A DNA stretch of 64,000 nucleotides from Gammaproteobacteria bacterium. GTDB taxonomy: Bacteria > Pseudomonadota > Gammaproteobacteria > Eutrophobiales > Eutrophobiaceae. Shown here in pieces: positions 32,411 to 43,268 of the stretch; position 1 is the first letter of the stretch, and every line of letters begins with the position of its first letter. The notes below the pieces were generated by a model, which searched no databases, had not been told where the DNA came from, and saw only the letters and a program-made list of their open reading frames with translations. The stretch spans positions 3,022,378 through 3,086,377 of the forward strand of contig OZ251218.1 in assembly GCA_965240365.1 (NCBI GenBank), read 5' to 3'. Position numbers and translations under genes: made by a program.

Positions 32411-33760
32411 TCATTGCTGTCCCATTAACAGGGAATAAAAAGGCCTGATTCCACTGAGATTGATATAATGAGTTTGCTAAAAAACGCTGTATCAATAAGG
32501 AGAATCAGGCCGTGGCACATTGTAATACGATTTTTTCACAAATACTAAAGTTTGTTCCGAGACATGAATTTGAATCTCTGGCGAAGCGGCATCACTTGGG
32601 TCGGGCGTTCCGGAAAACTTCGCGTTGGCCTGCCTGCTGCAGGCAGGTCGCAATTTGTGTGGATGGCGATGGCACAATTGTCTGGCCGAATCAGTCTGCG
32701 CGATATTGTGGACAATCTTTCGGCACAGGCCCATCGTTTGTATCATCCAGGCAGTTCGAAGCCATCACATTCTACCTTGGCACGTCTTAACGAAGAGAAG
32801 CCCCATGCGCTTTATGAAGCCCTGTTTGGGAAGTTACTGAGTCGCTGTCAATGTGTTGCTCCGGGGTATAATTTTCGCTTCAAGAATCCGCTGTATTCAT
32901 TGAATGCGTCGATGATTGACCTGTGTCTCGCGGTATTTCCATGGGCGGATTTTCGAACGAGCAAAGGCGCCATTAAGCTGCATATTGGTTTAAACCATCG
33001 GGGTTATTTACCGGAATTTGTGACGATTACGGAAGGGAAAACGCACGACCTGCCTGCAGCAGGCAGGTAAAATGGTCGGTAGGACATTGCAATTTCCAAA
33101 GGGCAGTATTGTGGCAGTGGACCGCGGTTACAATTACTACAGCTGGTATAAGCAACTGAATGCTAAAGGTATCTTTTTCGTAACCCGCTTGAAGTCGAAT
33201 GCGAAGGTGCGTGTTGTTGCGCGCCGACCTGCCTGCTGCAGGCAAGTGTGTGGTCAAGCAGAGGAATGTGACGAGTGACCAGACGATCAAATTCACGGGA
33301 GTGCGTGCCCAAAAGAGGTGTCCGATTGGATTACGTCGAATCGGTTACCGGGAGCCAGTAACGGGCAAACGTTACGTGTTTCTGACGAACAATTTCAAGC
33401 TGTCGGCACAGACGATAGCGGATATATATAAATCACGCTGGCAGGTTGAATTGTTTTATAAATGGGCCTGCCTGCTGCAGGCAGGTCAAGCAAAATTTGA
33501 AGATCAAGGCGTTTATGGGCACGAGTAAGAATGCGGTGTTGACCCAGATATGGATTGCAATGTGTGTTTACTTGTTGCTGGCGTATTTGAAGTTTCAATC
33601 AAAGGTAACGAGAAGCTTGCAACAAATTCTGCGATTGCTACAACTGAATTTGTTCGAGAAACGCGATCTGACCGCCTTGCTTAACGGTGACCCACCCCAG
33701 ACACGCTGGGAAACTGATCGTCAAATAACACTGCTATGAAAGTTAATGGGACAGCAGTGA
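32411..33760 (+). mobile_element. IS4-family element
   Basis: 18-bp terminal IRs CATTGCTGTCCCATTAAC (32411) / GTTAATGGGACAGCAGTG (33743); transposase carries 4 hairpin insertions. Confidence 0.65.
32512..33739 (+). pseudogene. IS4-family DDE transposase broken by four 19-bp hairpin insertions
   Basis: ...VAVDRGYNYYSWYKQLNAKGIFFVTRLK...YKSRWQVELFYKW...GTSKNAVLTQIWIAMCVYLLL; hairpins at 32629, 33049, 33228, 33467 each shift the frame. Confidence 0.65.
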
Positions 33761-33871
33761 CTAAAATTATAATAAATACGACGTCAATAAAAAATAATTG
33801 TGACATCAATGTCAAATTTGTCGACGGACACGGGAGGAAACAGAATGTCGCCGCGATTGAAAAAAGCCTTA

Positions 33872-34748
33872 GGGCGTAGACCTATAAACAAGTAACAGTT
33901 AAAATGGCGGCAAGATAAAAAACTCAGGAGGTTTCAATGTCTCTAAATTTCTGGTTAACGAAAGAGCAGTTCAAAAAAATCCAACCATTGCTACCGAACA
34001 AGCCGCGTGGCGTTGCCCGCGTGTGCGATAGACAAGTCTTGTCAGGCATCATCTATTGTCTTCAGCGGGGATATAGGTGGAGTGATGTTCCCGAGGAATA
34101 CGGCCCGGCCAAGACGCTCTACAATCGCTACAGGCGCTGGTCTGAGGCGGGTGTGTTCGAACGCATATTCAAGGCTTTAGCAGGTGAGGGCGCAGACTTC
34201 AGCACGCTGATGATTGACACGAGCCACATCAAAACCCACCGGATTGCCGCCAATGGTGTAAAAAAAACAACAGTCAGGGGCGAGCCATCGGCAAGACCAG
34301 GGGTGGCTTGAATTCCAAACTGCATCTGGTGTGCGATGGTCAGGGCCGCCCTGTCCATCTGCACCTGACGGCGGGCAACCGGGCTGACCTGCCTGCAGCA
34401 GGCAGGTATTACCCAGGCCCGTCACTGCCTTGAGGGTCATGTGCGTAAGGGCTGCACCGTTATTGCCGACCGTGGATACGATGCCAATCATCCCTGCCTG
34501 CTGCAGGCAGGTGCGTAACTGGCTGCTCAAGGCCGAAGCAACAGCCTGCATCCCACCCCGCAAAAACCGTAAGGTGCAGTTCGAATACGACACCGAGCTC
34601 TATAAAACACGCAACATCATTGAGCGCATGTTCAACCGCATCAGGGACTGGCGCCAGTTGTCCCTTCAAACCTTCCGATGTCCCGAGACGTTCCTCGCTG
34701 CCGCACAACTCGCTGCTATTGTGATCTGGTTATTATGAGTCTACGCCC
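33872..34748 (+). mobile_element. IS5-family (IS427/IS1031-type) element, copy A of tandem dimer (877 bp)
   Basis: IRs GGGCGTAGAC / GTCTACGCCC; orfA 33937..34311 + A8 slippery run + orfB; carries two hairpin copies (34388, 34493). Confidence 0.65.
34493..34511. repeat. 19-bp hairpin copy present in IS5 copy A only
   Basis: copy A AATCAT-CCCTGCCTGCTGCAGGCAGG-TGCGTAACT vs copy B AATCACC-TGCGTAACT. Confidence 0.8.
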
Positions 34749-34750
34749 TA

Positions 34751-35608
34751 GGGCGTAGACCTATAAACGGGTAATAGGTAGAATGACTGTAAGATAAAAA
34801 ACTCAGGAGGTTTCAATGTCTTTAAATTTCTGGCTGACGGAAGAACAGTTCAAAAAAATCCAACCATTGCTACCGAACAAGCCGCGTGGCGTTGCCCGCG
34901 TGTGCGATAGACAAGTCTTGTCAGGCATCATCTATTGTCTTCAGCGGGGATATAGGTGGAGCGATGTTTCCGAGGAATACGGCCCGGCCAAGACGCTCTA
35001 CAATCGCTACAGGCGCTGGTCTGAGGCGGGTGTGTTCGAACGCATATTCAAGGCTTTAGCAGGTGAGGGCGCAGACCTCAGCACGCTGATGATTGACACA
35101 AGCCACATCAAAACCCACCGGATTGCCGCCAATGGTGTAAAAAAAACAACAGTCAGGGGCGAGCCATCGGCAAGACCAGGGGCGGCTTGAATTCCAAACT
35201 GCATCTGGTGTGTGATGGTCAGGGCCGCCCTGTCCATCTGCACCTGACGGCGGGCAACCGGGCTGACCTGCCTGCAGCAGGCAGGTATTACCCAGGCCCG
35301 TCACTGCCTTGAGGGTCATGTTCGTAAGGGCTGCACCGTTATTGCCGACCGCGGATACGATGCCAATCACCTGCGTAACTGGTTACTCAAAGTCAAAGCA
35401 ACAGCCTGCATCCCACCCCGCAAAAACCGCAAAGTGCAGTTCGAATATGACACCGAGCTCTATAAAACACGCAACATCATTGAGCGCATGTTCAACCGCA
35501 TCAGGGACTGGCGCCAGTTGTCCCTTCGAACTTTCCGATGTCCCGAGACGTTCCTCGCTGCCGCACAACTCGCTGCTGTTGTGATCTGGTTATTATGAGT
35601 CTACGCCC
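34751..35608 (+). mobile_element. IS5-family (IS427/IS1031-type) element, copy B of tandem dimer (858 bp)
   Basis: Same IRs; separated from copy A by TA; 19 bp shorter than copy A because it lacks the second hairpin. Confidence 0.65.
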
Positions 35609-35691
35609 TAGTGAGCCCGCTGCTCTTGAGAGACCTCCGCGACTGCGCGTGCTCTAAATCCAGCACGATCTCTCAAACACACTAGGAGTTT

Positions 35692-36483
35692 CTAATTGTA
35701 TAGTCCCGCAGTGTGCTGAAGTGGATTAATGATAAACCGTTCAGGTTCCTTTTGCCACCCTTCAATGACTTTTTCGTAGGGTGTCAGCCCTTTTAAGGTT
35801 TTTAGACGTTTGCCGAAGTTATACGCCTTCAGGAAAGTCTGTAGGTGGGCTTTGAGTTGCGCATGTGCGCCGTAGTGATAGCGCTTGACGGTGGCCTCTT
35901 TGATAGTACGGTTCATGCGTTCCACCTGGCCGTTGGTCCAGGGGTGGTTAATTTTTGTGAGCCGGTGTTCAATGTCATGTTCTTGGCAAACACGGTCAAA
36001 GAGGTGCATAGATGTCGGTTTATCCTGTTTGTGGTGGGTAAATTGAGCGCCGTTATCGGTCAGGAGGGTGTGTATTTTGTAAGGCAGGGCCGCAATGACA
36101 TTTCTCAGGAACTGTACCGCGGTCATCTTCTTTTTATCCGTGTGTAGTTCGGTGTAGGCCAACTTACAGGTGCGGTCGATAGCCACAAAGAGTTGCAGTT
36201 TACCTTGTTATGTTTGCACTTCAGCGATATCGATGTGGACATAGCCAATAGGATATTTCTTGAACTTCTTCTGCACCGGCTTCTCCCCTTCGACCTCGGG
36301 CAGGCGGCTGATACCATGACGTTGCAGGCAGCGATGCAGGGAAGAGCGTGTCAGATGCGGGATCGTGACCTGCAGGGCATACAGGCAGTCATCCAGAGGC
36401 AACAACGTATGCTTGCGGAAGGCCACAACCATAGCCTCCTCTGCCAGCGATAAGCTGGTGGAGCGTGGCTGTTTCGGCCCCAT
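35692..36483 (-). pseudogene. IS481-family transposase with in-frame TAA
   Basis: HTH N-part ...KKYPIGYVHIDIAEVQT*QGKLQLFVAIDRTCKLAYTELH... rve core C-part; TAA at 36208..36210; 5' region additionally carries a degenerate hairpin at 36541. Confidence 0.6.
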
Positions 36484-36694
36484 TTTTGCGTCATGGACAA
36501 AATCACGCCGCTTCCATTTCGCTACCGTTGCGGGGTTCAGGTCTGCCTGCTGCAGGCAGGTTATAGCGCTTCGCCAATTTGGCTATGCTCTCTTGACTAT
36601 TTTGTATTGCTCGACGCACCACCTCAGTCGTTGTGGCGCTGCCGTGTAGTATTTGGCCCATAGCTCCTCCTTTGTTGGTATAGCAGAATAACTT

Positions 36695-37453
36695 ATGTTA
36701 TCACACTGCGGGACCTTACATCTAATGACTTATTATGACGCGCGTCGGGGGCGATTGCCCGGCGTTGCGGGCCTGTGGCTATGCTTGCTGTTCGTGGTGA
36801 TTTCCATGATCATTGCGAGCGGGGCCGCCGCCCATAATGTCACGCCCGGAGATGCGGACTATATCCAGGAAATCTGGGGCATCAAATTCATCCCGTTCAT
36901 GTATTTGGGGGCCAAGCATATGGTCACTGGATACGACCACATCCTGTTCCTGTTCGGGGTGGTGTTCTTTCTCTATAAGCTCAAACATGTCACGCTTTAT
37001 GTGACCTTATTTGCGGTCGGTCATTCCACCACCATGTTAGTGGGCGTGGCATTTGGCTGGGATGTGAATGCCTATATCATCGACGCTATTATCGGCCTGT
37101 CCGTGGTCTATAAGGCGCTCGACAATATGGGGGCCTATCAGCGTTGGTTCGGCTTCCAGCCCCATACCAGGGTGGCGACGTTGATTTTTGGCCTGTTCCA
37201 CGGTTTGGGGTTGGCGACTAAAATCCTCGAATACCGGATTGATCCGGAAGGATTGCTGGTCAATCTGATCGCCTTCAATATCGGTGTCGAAATCGGCCAG
37301 GTTCTGGCCCTTTGCCTGATCCTTATCGTTATGGGGTTCTGGCGACGTACCGACGGTTTTTTCAAACACGCTTATTCCGCCAATGTGGTGATGATGTCCG
37401 CAGGCTTCGTGCTGATGGGCTATCAGATCGCCGGTTACCTGACAGCTACTTAG
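36695..37453 (+). CDS. HupE/UreJ-family Ni/Co transporter
   Basis: Signal peptide then H..GAKHMVTGYDHILF signature; 6 TM; true start may be an internal Met. Confidence 0.65.
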   Translation: MLSHCGTLHLMTYYDARRGRLPGVAGLWLCLLFVVISMIIASGAAAHNVTPGDADYIQEIWGIKFIPFMYLGAKHMVTGYDHILFLFGVVFFLYKLKHVTLYVTLFAVGHSTTMLVGVAFGWDVNAYIIDAIIGLSVVYKALDNMGAYQRWFGFQPHTRVATLIFGLFHGLGLATKILEYRIDPEGLLVNLIAFNIGVEIGQVLALCLILIVMGFWRRTDGFFKHAYSANVVMMSAGFVLMGYQIAGYLTAT

Positions 37454-37537
37454 AAACTGAAGCTTTCAATCGCCACGCAGGCTCTTCGCGTCGGGTGATG
37501 CGATTTGATCGCCTGGCGCTCTAAACGGAGTTTAATC

Positions 37538-38158
37538 ATGTATAATTCTGAAAAACCAAGTAAGGAAGAATTGCCGAGCACCAAGAAGCTCGTGCGGTCT
37601 ACAGTGATCGCTCTGGCCTCGGCCATTGTGATCTTATTCACCGTCATTTTGCCATCGGAATACGGCATTGATCCGACCCGGATCGGGGCCGTGTTGGGAT
37701 TGACCGAAATGGGGGAAATCAAACAGCAGCTTGCCGATGAAGCGGACGCCGATGAGCAAAACGAGGTCCGCAACACCCAACCGTCAAACTGGCTTGCCCA
37801 ACTCGGCTCTTTTCTGATGCCGACGGCCCAAGCGGCTGAACACGCATGGCGTGATGAGGTGAGTTTTTTGCTTGAACCGGGGGAGGGGATCGAGTGGAAA
37901 TTGGTCATGGCAGAAGGGGAGGTGGCGATCTATCGCTGGCAAACTGATGGCGGGCGGGTTAATTTCGACCTGCACGGGGATGGCAGCGGCCGATCCATCG
38001 CTTATGAGAAAGGCCGTGGTTCGCGTGGGGAAGAAGGGACATTGCAAGCCCCTTTTAGCGGCAAGCATGGTTGGTTCTGGCGTAACCGCGACAAGCGCAC
38101 GGTAATGGTGACCTTGCAAATACGCGGCGAATATCAGAGCTTGAAACGCACGGGGTGA
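37538..38158 (+). CDS. Hypothetical membrane-anchored protein
   Basis: Single N-terminal TM (VIALASAIVILFTVILP), soluble C-terminal domain; no family recognised. Confidence 0.4.
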   Translation: MYNSEKPSKEELPSTKKLVRSTVIALASAIVILFTVILPSEYGIDPTRIGAVLGLTEMGEIKQQLADEADADEQNEVRNTQPSNWLAQLGSFLMPTAQAAEHAWRDEVSFLLEPGEGIEWKLVMAEGEVAIYRWQTDGGRVNFDLHGDGSGRSIAYEKGRGSRGEEGTLQAPFSGKHGWFWRNRDKRTVMVTLQIRGEYQSLKRTG

Positions 38159-38298
38159 TGTGCCTCTTTAACCGGACCCCGCGGCCTTGGTCGCGGGGTT
38201 GACAGCACAAATCCAGGCGTTAAGACGGTTAATACTTTGCGAACCCTCTTTGCGCCAAAATAGCCCTCGCATAATAGCGAGTCGTTAGGAAACCTTCC

Positions 38299-38607
38299 GT
38301 GCCGATTGATGATCCAGAGCTTAGAGCAGCGGTTGAAAAACTGAAATCCGGCCATATGGGGGCGGCGGCTGATATCCCTGTGAAAGTCACCACGGTGCTC
38401 GGAAAAGCCTCTATCCAAGTGTCGAAGCTGATGACACTGAACCGCGGCACGATTTTGGAACTGGACCGTAAAGTAGGCGAACCCATCGATATCTACGTCA
38501 ATAACCGCCTCGTCGCCCGAGGTGAGCTTGTGGTCGTTGATGAACTATTAGGTGTGACCGTCACGGAAGTGATCCGCGCCGGCGCCGAAGCCCTGACCCA
38601 TCATTAA
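38299..38607 (+). CDS. Orphan FliN/SpoA-domain protein
   Basis: 102 aa; ...TILELDRKVGEPIDIYVNNRLVARGELVVVDELLGVTVTEVI matches SpoA (FliN/YscQ C-terminal) fold; no other flagellar/T3SS genes nearby. Confidence 0.6.
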   Translation: MPIDDPELRAAVEKLKSGHMGAAADIPVKVTTVLGKASIQVSKLMTLNRGTILELDRKVGEPIDIYVNNRLVARGELVVVDELLGVTVTEVIRAGAEALTHH

Positions 38608-38638
38608 AGATAAGCTATTTTCAGCCATTGCTTATCTT

Positions 38639-38866
38639 ATGCGGACATCACTTAACAGGGCCGGATCAATGAGGTGGTGCTGGGCAAGCGTACGGAGACG
38701 GCGGAGACGGATGTTGCTGGCGCGCTATTTTGGTATTTCGGAGGGCTTATTCCTAGGATTGCAAGCAGATTACGATTTGATGGAAGCTCGGCGATCGATG
38801 GGGACAAGCTGGAGGCCGTTAGACCGCGCGCGGCGTGAGGGTGCCTTTCGGATGGATGACCATTGA
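38639..38866 (+). pseudogene. Possible HigA/XRE-antitoxin C-terminal remnant
   Basis: ...LARYFGISEGLFLGLQADYDLMEARRS resembles HigA C-terminus; no toxin partner. Confidence 0.25.
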
Positions 38867-38892
38867 GAGGATGCCTTCCCAAGGAAATGCTT

Positions 38893-40234
38893 TCAGCCCA
38901 GCATGTCCGGCAAGGCGAGAGAAAGTGCCGGAAAACCGATCAATAGGGCGACAATAACGATATCCGACAGTAGAAAAACCGCTATGCCGCGGAAAATTGT
39001 TTCAAGCGGAACCTTGTCTTCGACAATAGATTTGATGACAAAAACATTGATCCCGATCGGAGGTGTCACAAGCCCCATTTCAAGCAATTTCACGACCACA
39101 ACACCGAACCAGACCAAGCTCATATCAAAGCTATCCATGATCGGCAGTGTCACAGGTAATGTCAGCAAGATAATCCCAATCGGATCTAAGAACATGCCCA
39201 GCAGCAAATACATGATCACTAAAAACACCATGATCCAGAAGAAGCTGACACCTGACTGCGTAATCCAGTTTGTTAGGAAGGAAGAGAGGCCGGTTAAGGC
39301 GATGAAATTTACGAACAGCCAGCCACCAATCGCGATGGTAAAAATCATTGAGGTTTGGGTGGCCGTCTCTTTCATGGCTGCCAGCGTTTTCGAAAAGCTC
39401 AATCTTCCAAGCACCCAGCCCAGAAGTAATGTCGTGATGGTGCCAACGCCGGCCGCTTCCGTTGCGGTGAAAAAGCCGGTATAAATCCCGCCAATGACAG
39501 TGCCGAATATGGCGAGCATGGTCCAACATTTGCTAAGGGCCGACCAACGCTCGGCCGCTGTAATCTCTTCTTTCGGGTTGGGGGCCGCATCGGGATAGGT
39601 TTTTGCCCAAATCGCGATGACAATCAGATATCCTAACAGCGATAAAAGCCCTGGAATGACGGCGGCCATGAACAGTTCCGAAATGGATTGCCGCGCGAAA
39701 ATGCCGTAAAGGATAAAGAAAATCGACGGTGGGATCAGCGATCCTAAAGTGCCGCCAATGGCGACAGAACCCGATGCAAGGGCTTTGGAATAGCCAAATC
39801 TCAGCATTTTCAGGGATCGCAATGCGCCCCATTGCCGCCGCACAAGCGACAGAAGAGCCGGTGATTGCCGAGAATCCGCCGCACCCCACGACCGATGCTG
39901 CAGCCACGCCGCCGGGAACCCGCGTCATCCAAAGCCGCGCGGCCTTGTAAATATCGGTGGTAAACCCTGCCTCAAAAGCCAGATGCCCCATCAGAATAAA
40001 GAGGGGGATTGTCGATAACGTATAAGAAGAGATAAAGGCATATGGGCTGTTGCCCAGTAGCGAAAACGTGGGCCTTAAGGCCCATTGCGGTTGAAAGCTG
40101 CCGCTTTGCCAAGCGTAAATCAGAAAGATCCCGACAACGGCGACTGAGCCCAGCGCAAAGGCGATGGGCACGCGCAAAAACAGCAATACCAGCACAAAAG
40201 CAAGGCTTAGGAAGCCTATCGAGACCGGATCCAT
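38893..40234 (-). pseudogene. dctM: TRAP large permease DctM with +1 frameshift in an A/T run
   Basis: N-part (39533..40234) and C-part (38893..39843) in different frames; shift maps to T4 run 39807..39810 (expected ...IPEMLRFGYSK...). Confidence 0.7.
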
Positions 40235-40246
40235 GGGGAGCGGCCT

Positions 40247-40768
40247 TTAGGAAGGGGTGGCGTTGCTGCGAAATCCGCAGGCATGTTTGAGATTGCGAAC
40301 AAAATCAATGATGAGTCTGACGAGAAACAGACCGACACCCACCGTAAAGACAATCTTCATGGGCCAGACCGGGATATCAAGTTCACCGTCGTAATATGCC
40401 GATGTGGCAATATCACGCGGGACTTTTTGAACCAGAAACCACGCGATTGCGCCAAAGAACGCAAAACCCAGCACATTTCCCAAAATTTTAAGCGCGCTGA
40501 TCACTCGAGCGGGCATCCAATCTGTGGTGACCGTCACTGCGATGTGCCCGTCTTGTGACTGAACCCAGGCCAAAGGTAGAGCGATGATGGGGATCATCAT
40601 GATGCCTGCAATGATAATCATATCGGGGACGCCGGTATTGAAAAATGCGCGCCCAAGCACGGAACCGGTGATCATCGCCCCCATGATCAGGATGACGGCG
40701 GCACCGAAATAAGTAAAGAGACTTTCTAGCCTCGTTACCAGTTTGAAGCTCATGTCAATCAAGGCCAT
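40247..40768 (-). CDS. dctQ: TRAP small permease DctQ
   Basis: 4 TM; start taken at MALIDMSF to avoid overlap with dctP. Confidence 0.65.
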   Translation of the reverse strand: MALIDMSFKLVTRLESLFTYFGAAVILIMGAMITGSVLGRAFFNTGVPDMIIIAGIMMIPIIALPLAWVQSQDGHIAVTVTTDWMPARVISALKILGNVLGFAFFGAIAWFLVQKVPRDIATSAYYDGELDIPVWPMKIVFTVGVGLFLVRLIIDFVRNLKHACGFRSNATPS

Positions 40769-40778
40769 TTTGACACCC

Positions 40779-41849
40779 TCAGCGGTTCCAAGGATAGCCT
40801 TTGGAATCACGTTCTGCGACGTATTTGTCGACCAGTGCCTGGTATGCCGCCATTAGCCGTTCACCCGGCAAGTTTTTGGCATCTGCCTTTTCGATCCATT
40901 TTGCACTGTCTGCATCTGCTATGTCAGCCAGTTTCGGCACAAAAGAAGGATCAGGCGTGTGAATTTGAACGGAATGACCATCCACACCTTTTTGCAATTT
41001 TGTACGGGCTGCTTTGCGTGCATCATGCATGATCTTAGCAAAGTGGTTGCGGGTGAAATCCTCGCCCAATTCCTTAATAACCTGCTGATGCTCCGGCGAT
41101 AGGCTGTCAAATGTGCCTTTATTCATTGCAATGCCAAAGCCCAGATATTGACCCATGTCGATCTCTGTGATGTGGGTGGCTTGCTCGTAGTGTTTATAGG
41201 CCAAAACAGTGTAGTAATAGGTGGTTGAGGCATCAACGGTACCGTTGGAGAACGCCTCGTAAACTTTGGGTTGGCCAAGCGAAACAGTGCTTGCACCATA
41301 CGCTTTAAACGCCGGAACAAACCCCCCTGTGGCACGCACGGTCTTTCCATCCAGATCCGAAAGCGTTTTGATCGGCTCTTTCGACAGAAGCTGCGTGGGA
41401 CCGGTGGTGAAATTACCGAAATAGACGAGACCGGCGGCATCCCATTCTTTTTTGACGTCGTTATTCGTCGTCATCAGGTCGTAAACGGCGTTCATCCCAA
41501 CCCATTCATCTGCATATTGCAGTGCATCGGCAAGCTCATATGTCACTAACTTACCCGGTGCATAGACCGGCACGATAGAGCCCATATCCGCTACGCCATC
41601 GGCGATGCTGTCCACGGCGGTCGTTGCACCGACAAGCGCGCCGCCCCAAACAAAATTAATGCCCAATTTATTGTTGGTTCGGGCGCGGAGCTCTGTGTCC
41701 AGCCACTGCATGGCTTCCGCTCGCGTTCCCCGGTTCGGTCCGAAATCACCATAGCGTAAAAGTCGCGTTTCCGCTGCCGCAGAGACGGTGGTGACGGCTA
41801 AACAAACGCCTGTTAAGGCGCAAAACATTTTGTGGTTGATAAACGACAT
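40779..41849 (-). CDS. dctP: TRAP substrate-binding protein (DctP family)
   Basis: 356 aa with signal peptide (MSFINHKMFCALTGVCLAVTTVSAAA). Confidence 0.8.
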   Translation of the reverse strand: MSFINHKMFCALTGVCLAVTTVSAAAETRLLRYGDFGPNRGTRAEAMQWLDTELRARTNNKLGINFVWGGALVGATTAVDSIADGVADMGSIVPVYAPGKLVTYELADALQYADEWVGMNAVYDLMTTNNDVKKEWDAAGLVYFGNFTTGPTQLLSKEPIKTLSDLDGKTVRATGGFVPAFKAYGASTVSLGQPKVYEAFSNGTVDASTTYYYTVLAYKHYEQATHITEIDMGQYLGFGIAMNKGTFDSLSPEHQQVIKELGEDFTRNHFAKIMHDARKAARTKLQKGVDGHSVQIHTPDPSFVPKLADIADADSAKWIEKADAKNLPGERLMAAYQALVDKYVAERDSKGYPWNR

Positions 41850-42018
41850 GTTTCTCTCCTCAATTCTCGGTCAAAGCTTTGATTGTTCGTGACCTTATTA
41901 TTAACGGTTCAAAACGTTTCACAGGGCTTATAATATGTCAACTGATAAATTATTATTTCATCTAATGACTTATTCTGATGCGTTGTGAAACGTCAATATG
42001 CTGCCCATATCATATGGC

Positions 42019-42500
42019 GTGGATTCAACCAGCAAGTGCAACATTAGGATTGATTCGGAAGCTCTGAATAAATCCATCCTGGACTTACCTGCCTGCAGCA
42101 GGCAGAGCTTCAAAATCAATGACTTACGTCATTAATTTTGGCGGTACGTCCCTGTGCCGCAGGAAGCTCTGATTCAATCAGAGCTTCCGTTCCGAAAAAT
42201 ACCTGATTAGGTGTTTTCATGTCAAGGCATTTTCGGGGTCGGTTATTTAATTTATCCATAGCCATTTTAATCTCCTGTTCAGTGATGGTGGTAAAGTCTC
42301 TGTCCTTGGAGAAGTATTGGCGTATCAGGTCGTTGGTATTTTCGTTGAGTCCACCTGCCTGCAGCAGGCAGGCGTTGCCAGGAGGCATAGGCCTGCCCGC
42401 TGCAGGTGGGGGTGGGCGAAATAAAAGGTCGCATTGAGTGCTTTGGCAATGGTCTGATGGCGCGCAAACTCCCTCATGGACCCCGATGTGCTGGCCAAAC
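42019..42500 (-). pseudogene. IS30-family copy 2, 3' fragment with a 136-bp MITE-like insert
   Basis: IR GTGGATTCAACCAGCAAGTGCAAC; insert 42057..42192 bounded by GGAAGCTCTGA direct/inverted repeats; two extra hairpins at 42354 and 42392 absent from copy 1. Confidence 0.55.
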
Positions 42501-42789
42501 AATCGTGTGATGCGCGTAGCAAAGGTTAGATGCTGTCTCTCAATGACGTTTCCGATGGGCTGTCTGCCCTCGCGGCCCCTATTCTCAATACGAAAGGGGA
42601 CTTAATTGCGGCCGTTTCGCTTGGGGGGCTGACCCCGCAGATAGATACGGGATCACCACCTGATTTGCTGGCACCGCTGTTGGATTGCACCCGTGCTCTG
42701 AGTGCGTTCTACCAGAGTCAGGGGGATAATCTTCCGCTATAGTTCACTTAATGAAATTATAATTGCATATTGACATATTTTCGATGCAC

Positions 42790-43268
42790 TCCTAAATTCT
42801 TACGTGAATTCAACTCGTAAGTGCAACTCATGACTCGGAACAGGAGGCGAGCTGCGTTAGTATCTCTGTTTTTTGTTCTGGCAAGAATGAGAAGCATTGA
42901 TGAGACAAAATACACACAGCTCACCCAGAGGAGCAACGATACCCGATTTACCTGCCTGCAGCAGGCAGGCGCCCTTATGAAAGCAGGTCATAATCAAACT
43001 GAGATAGCCCGTATTCTTGAGGTTCACAAATCCACTATAAGCCGTGAGTTGAGGCGCAACCGTGGCCTGCGCGGCTATCGTCCGCAGCAGACTGAACAGT
43101 TGGCCGTGACCCACCTGCCTGCATTGCCAGAAGCGGCGCAGGAAGCGCTGCGGTCCTTTAGCCGCCGTGGCCAGTGGTCTGGCCGCGTTTCCATTGATGA
43201 GCGACCCGCCATCGTCGACAGGCGTGCCCGATTGGGCGACCTGCCTGCAGCAGGCAGGATGAGATGGT
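42790..43268 (+). pseudogene. IS30-family copy 2, 5' fragment (opposite orientation), truncated by IS110
   Basis: MKAGHNQTEIARILEVHKSTISRELRRNRGLRGYRPQQTEQLAVT...; ~190-bp internal deletion replaced by half-hairpin (43113..43123); ends at hairpin 43250..43268 where IS110 copy 2 begins. Confidence 0.55.
43250..43268. repeat. 19-bp hairpin abutting IS110 copy 2 left end
   Basis: CCTGCCTGCAGCAGGCAGG|ATGAGATGG; the equivalent hairpin (mutated arm) abuts copy 1 at 5257..5275. Confidence 0.8.
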
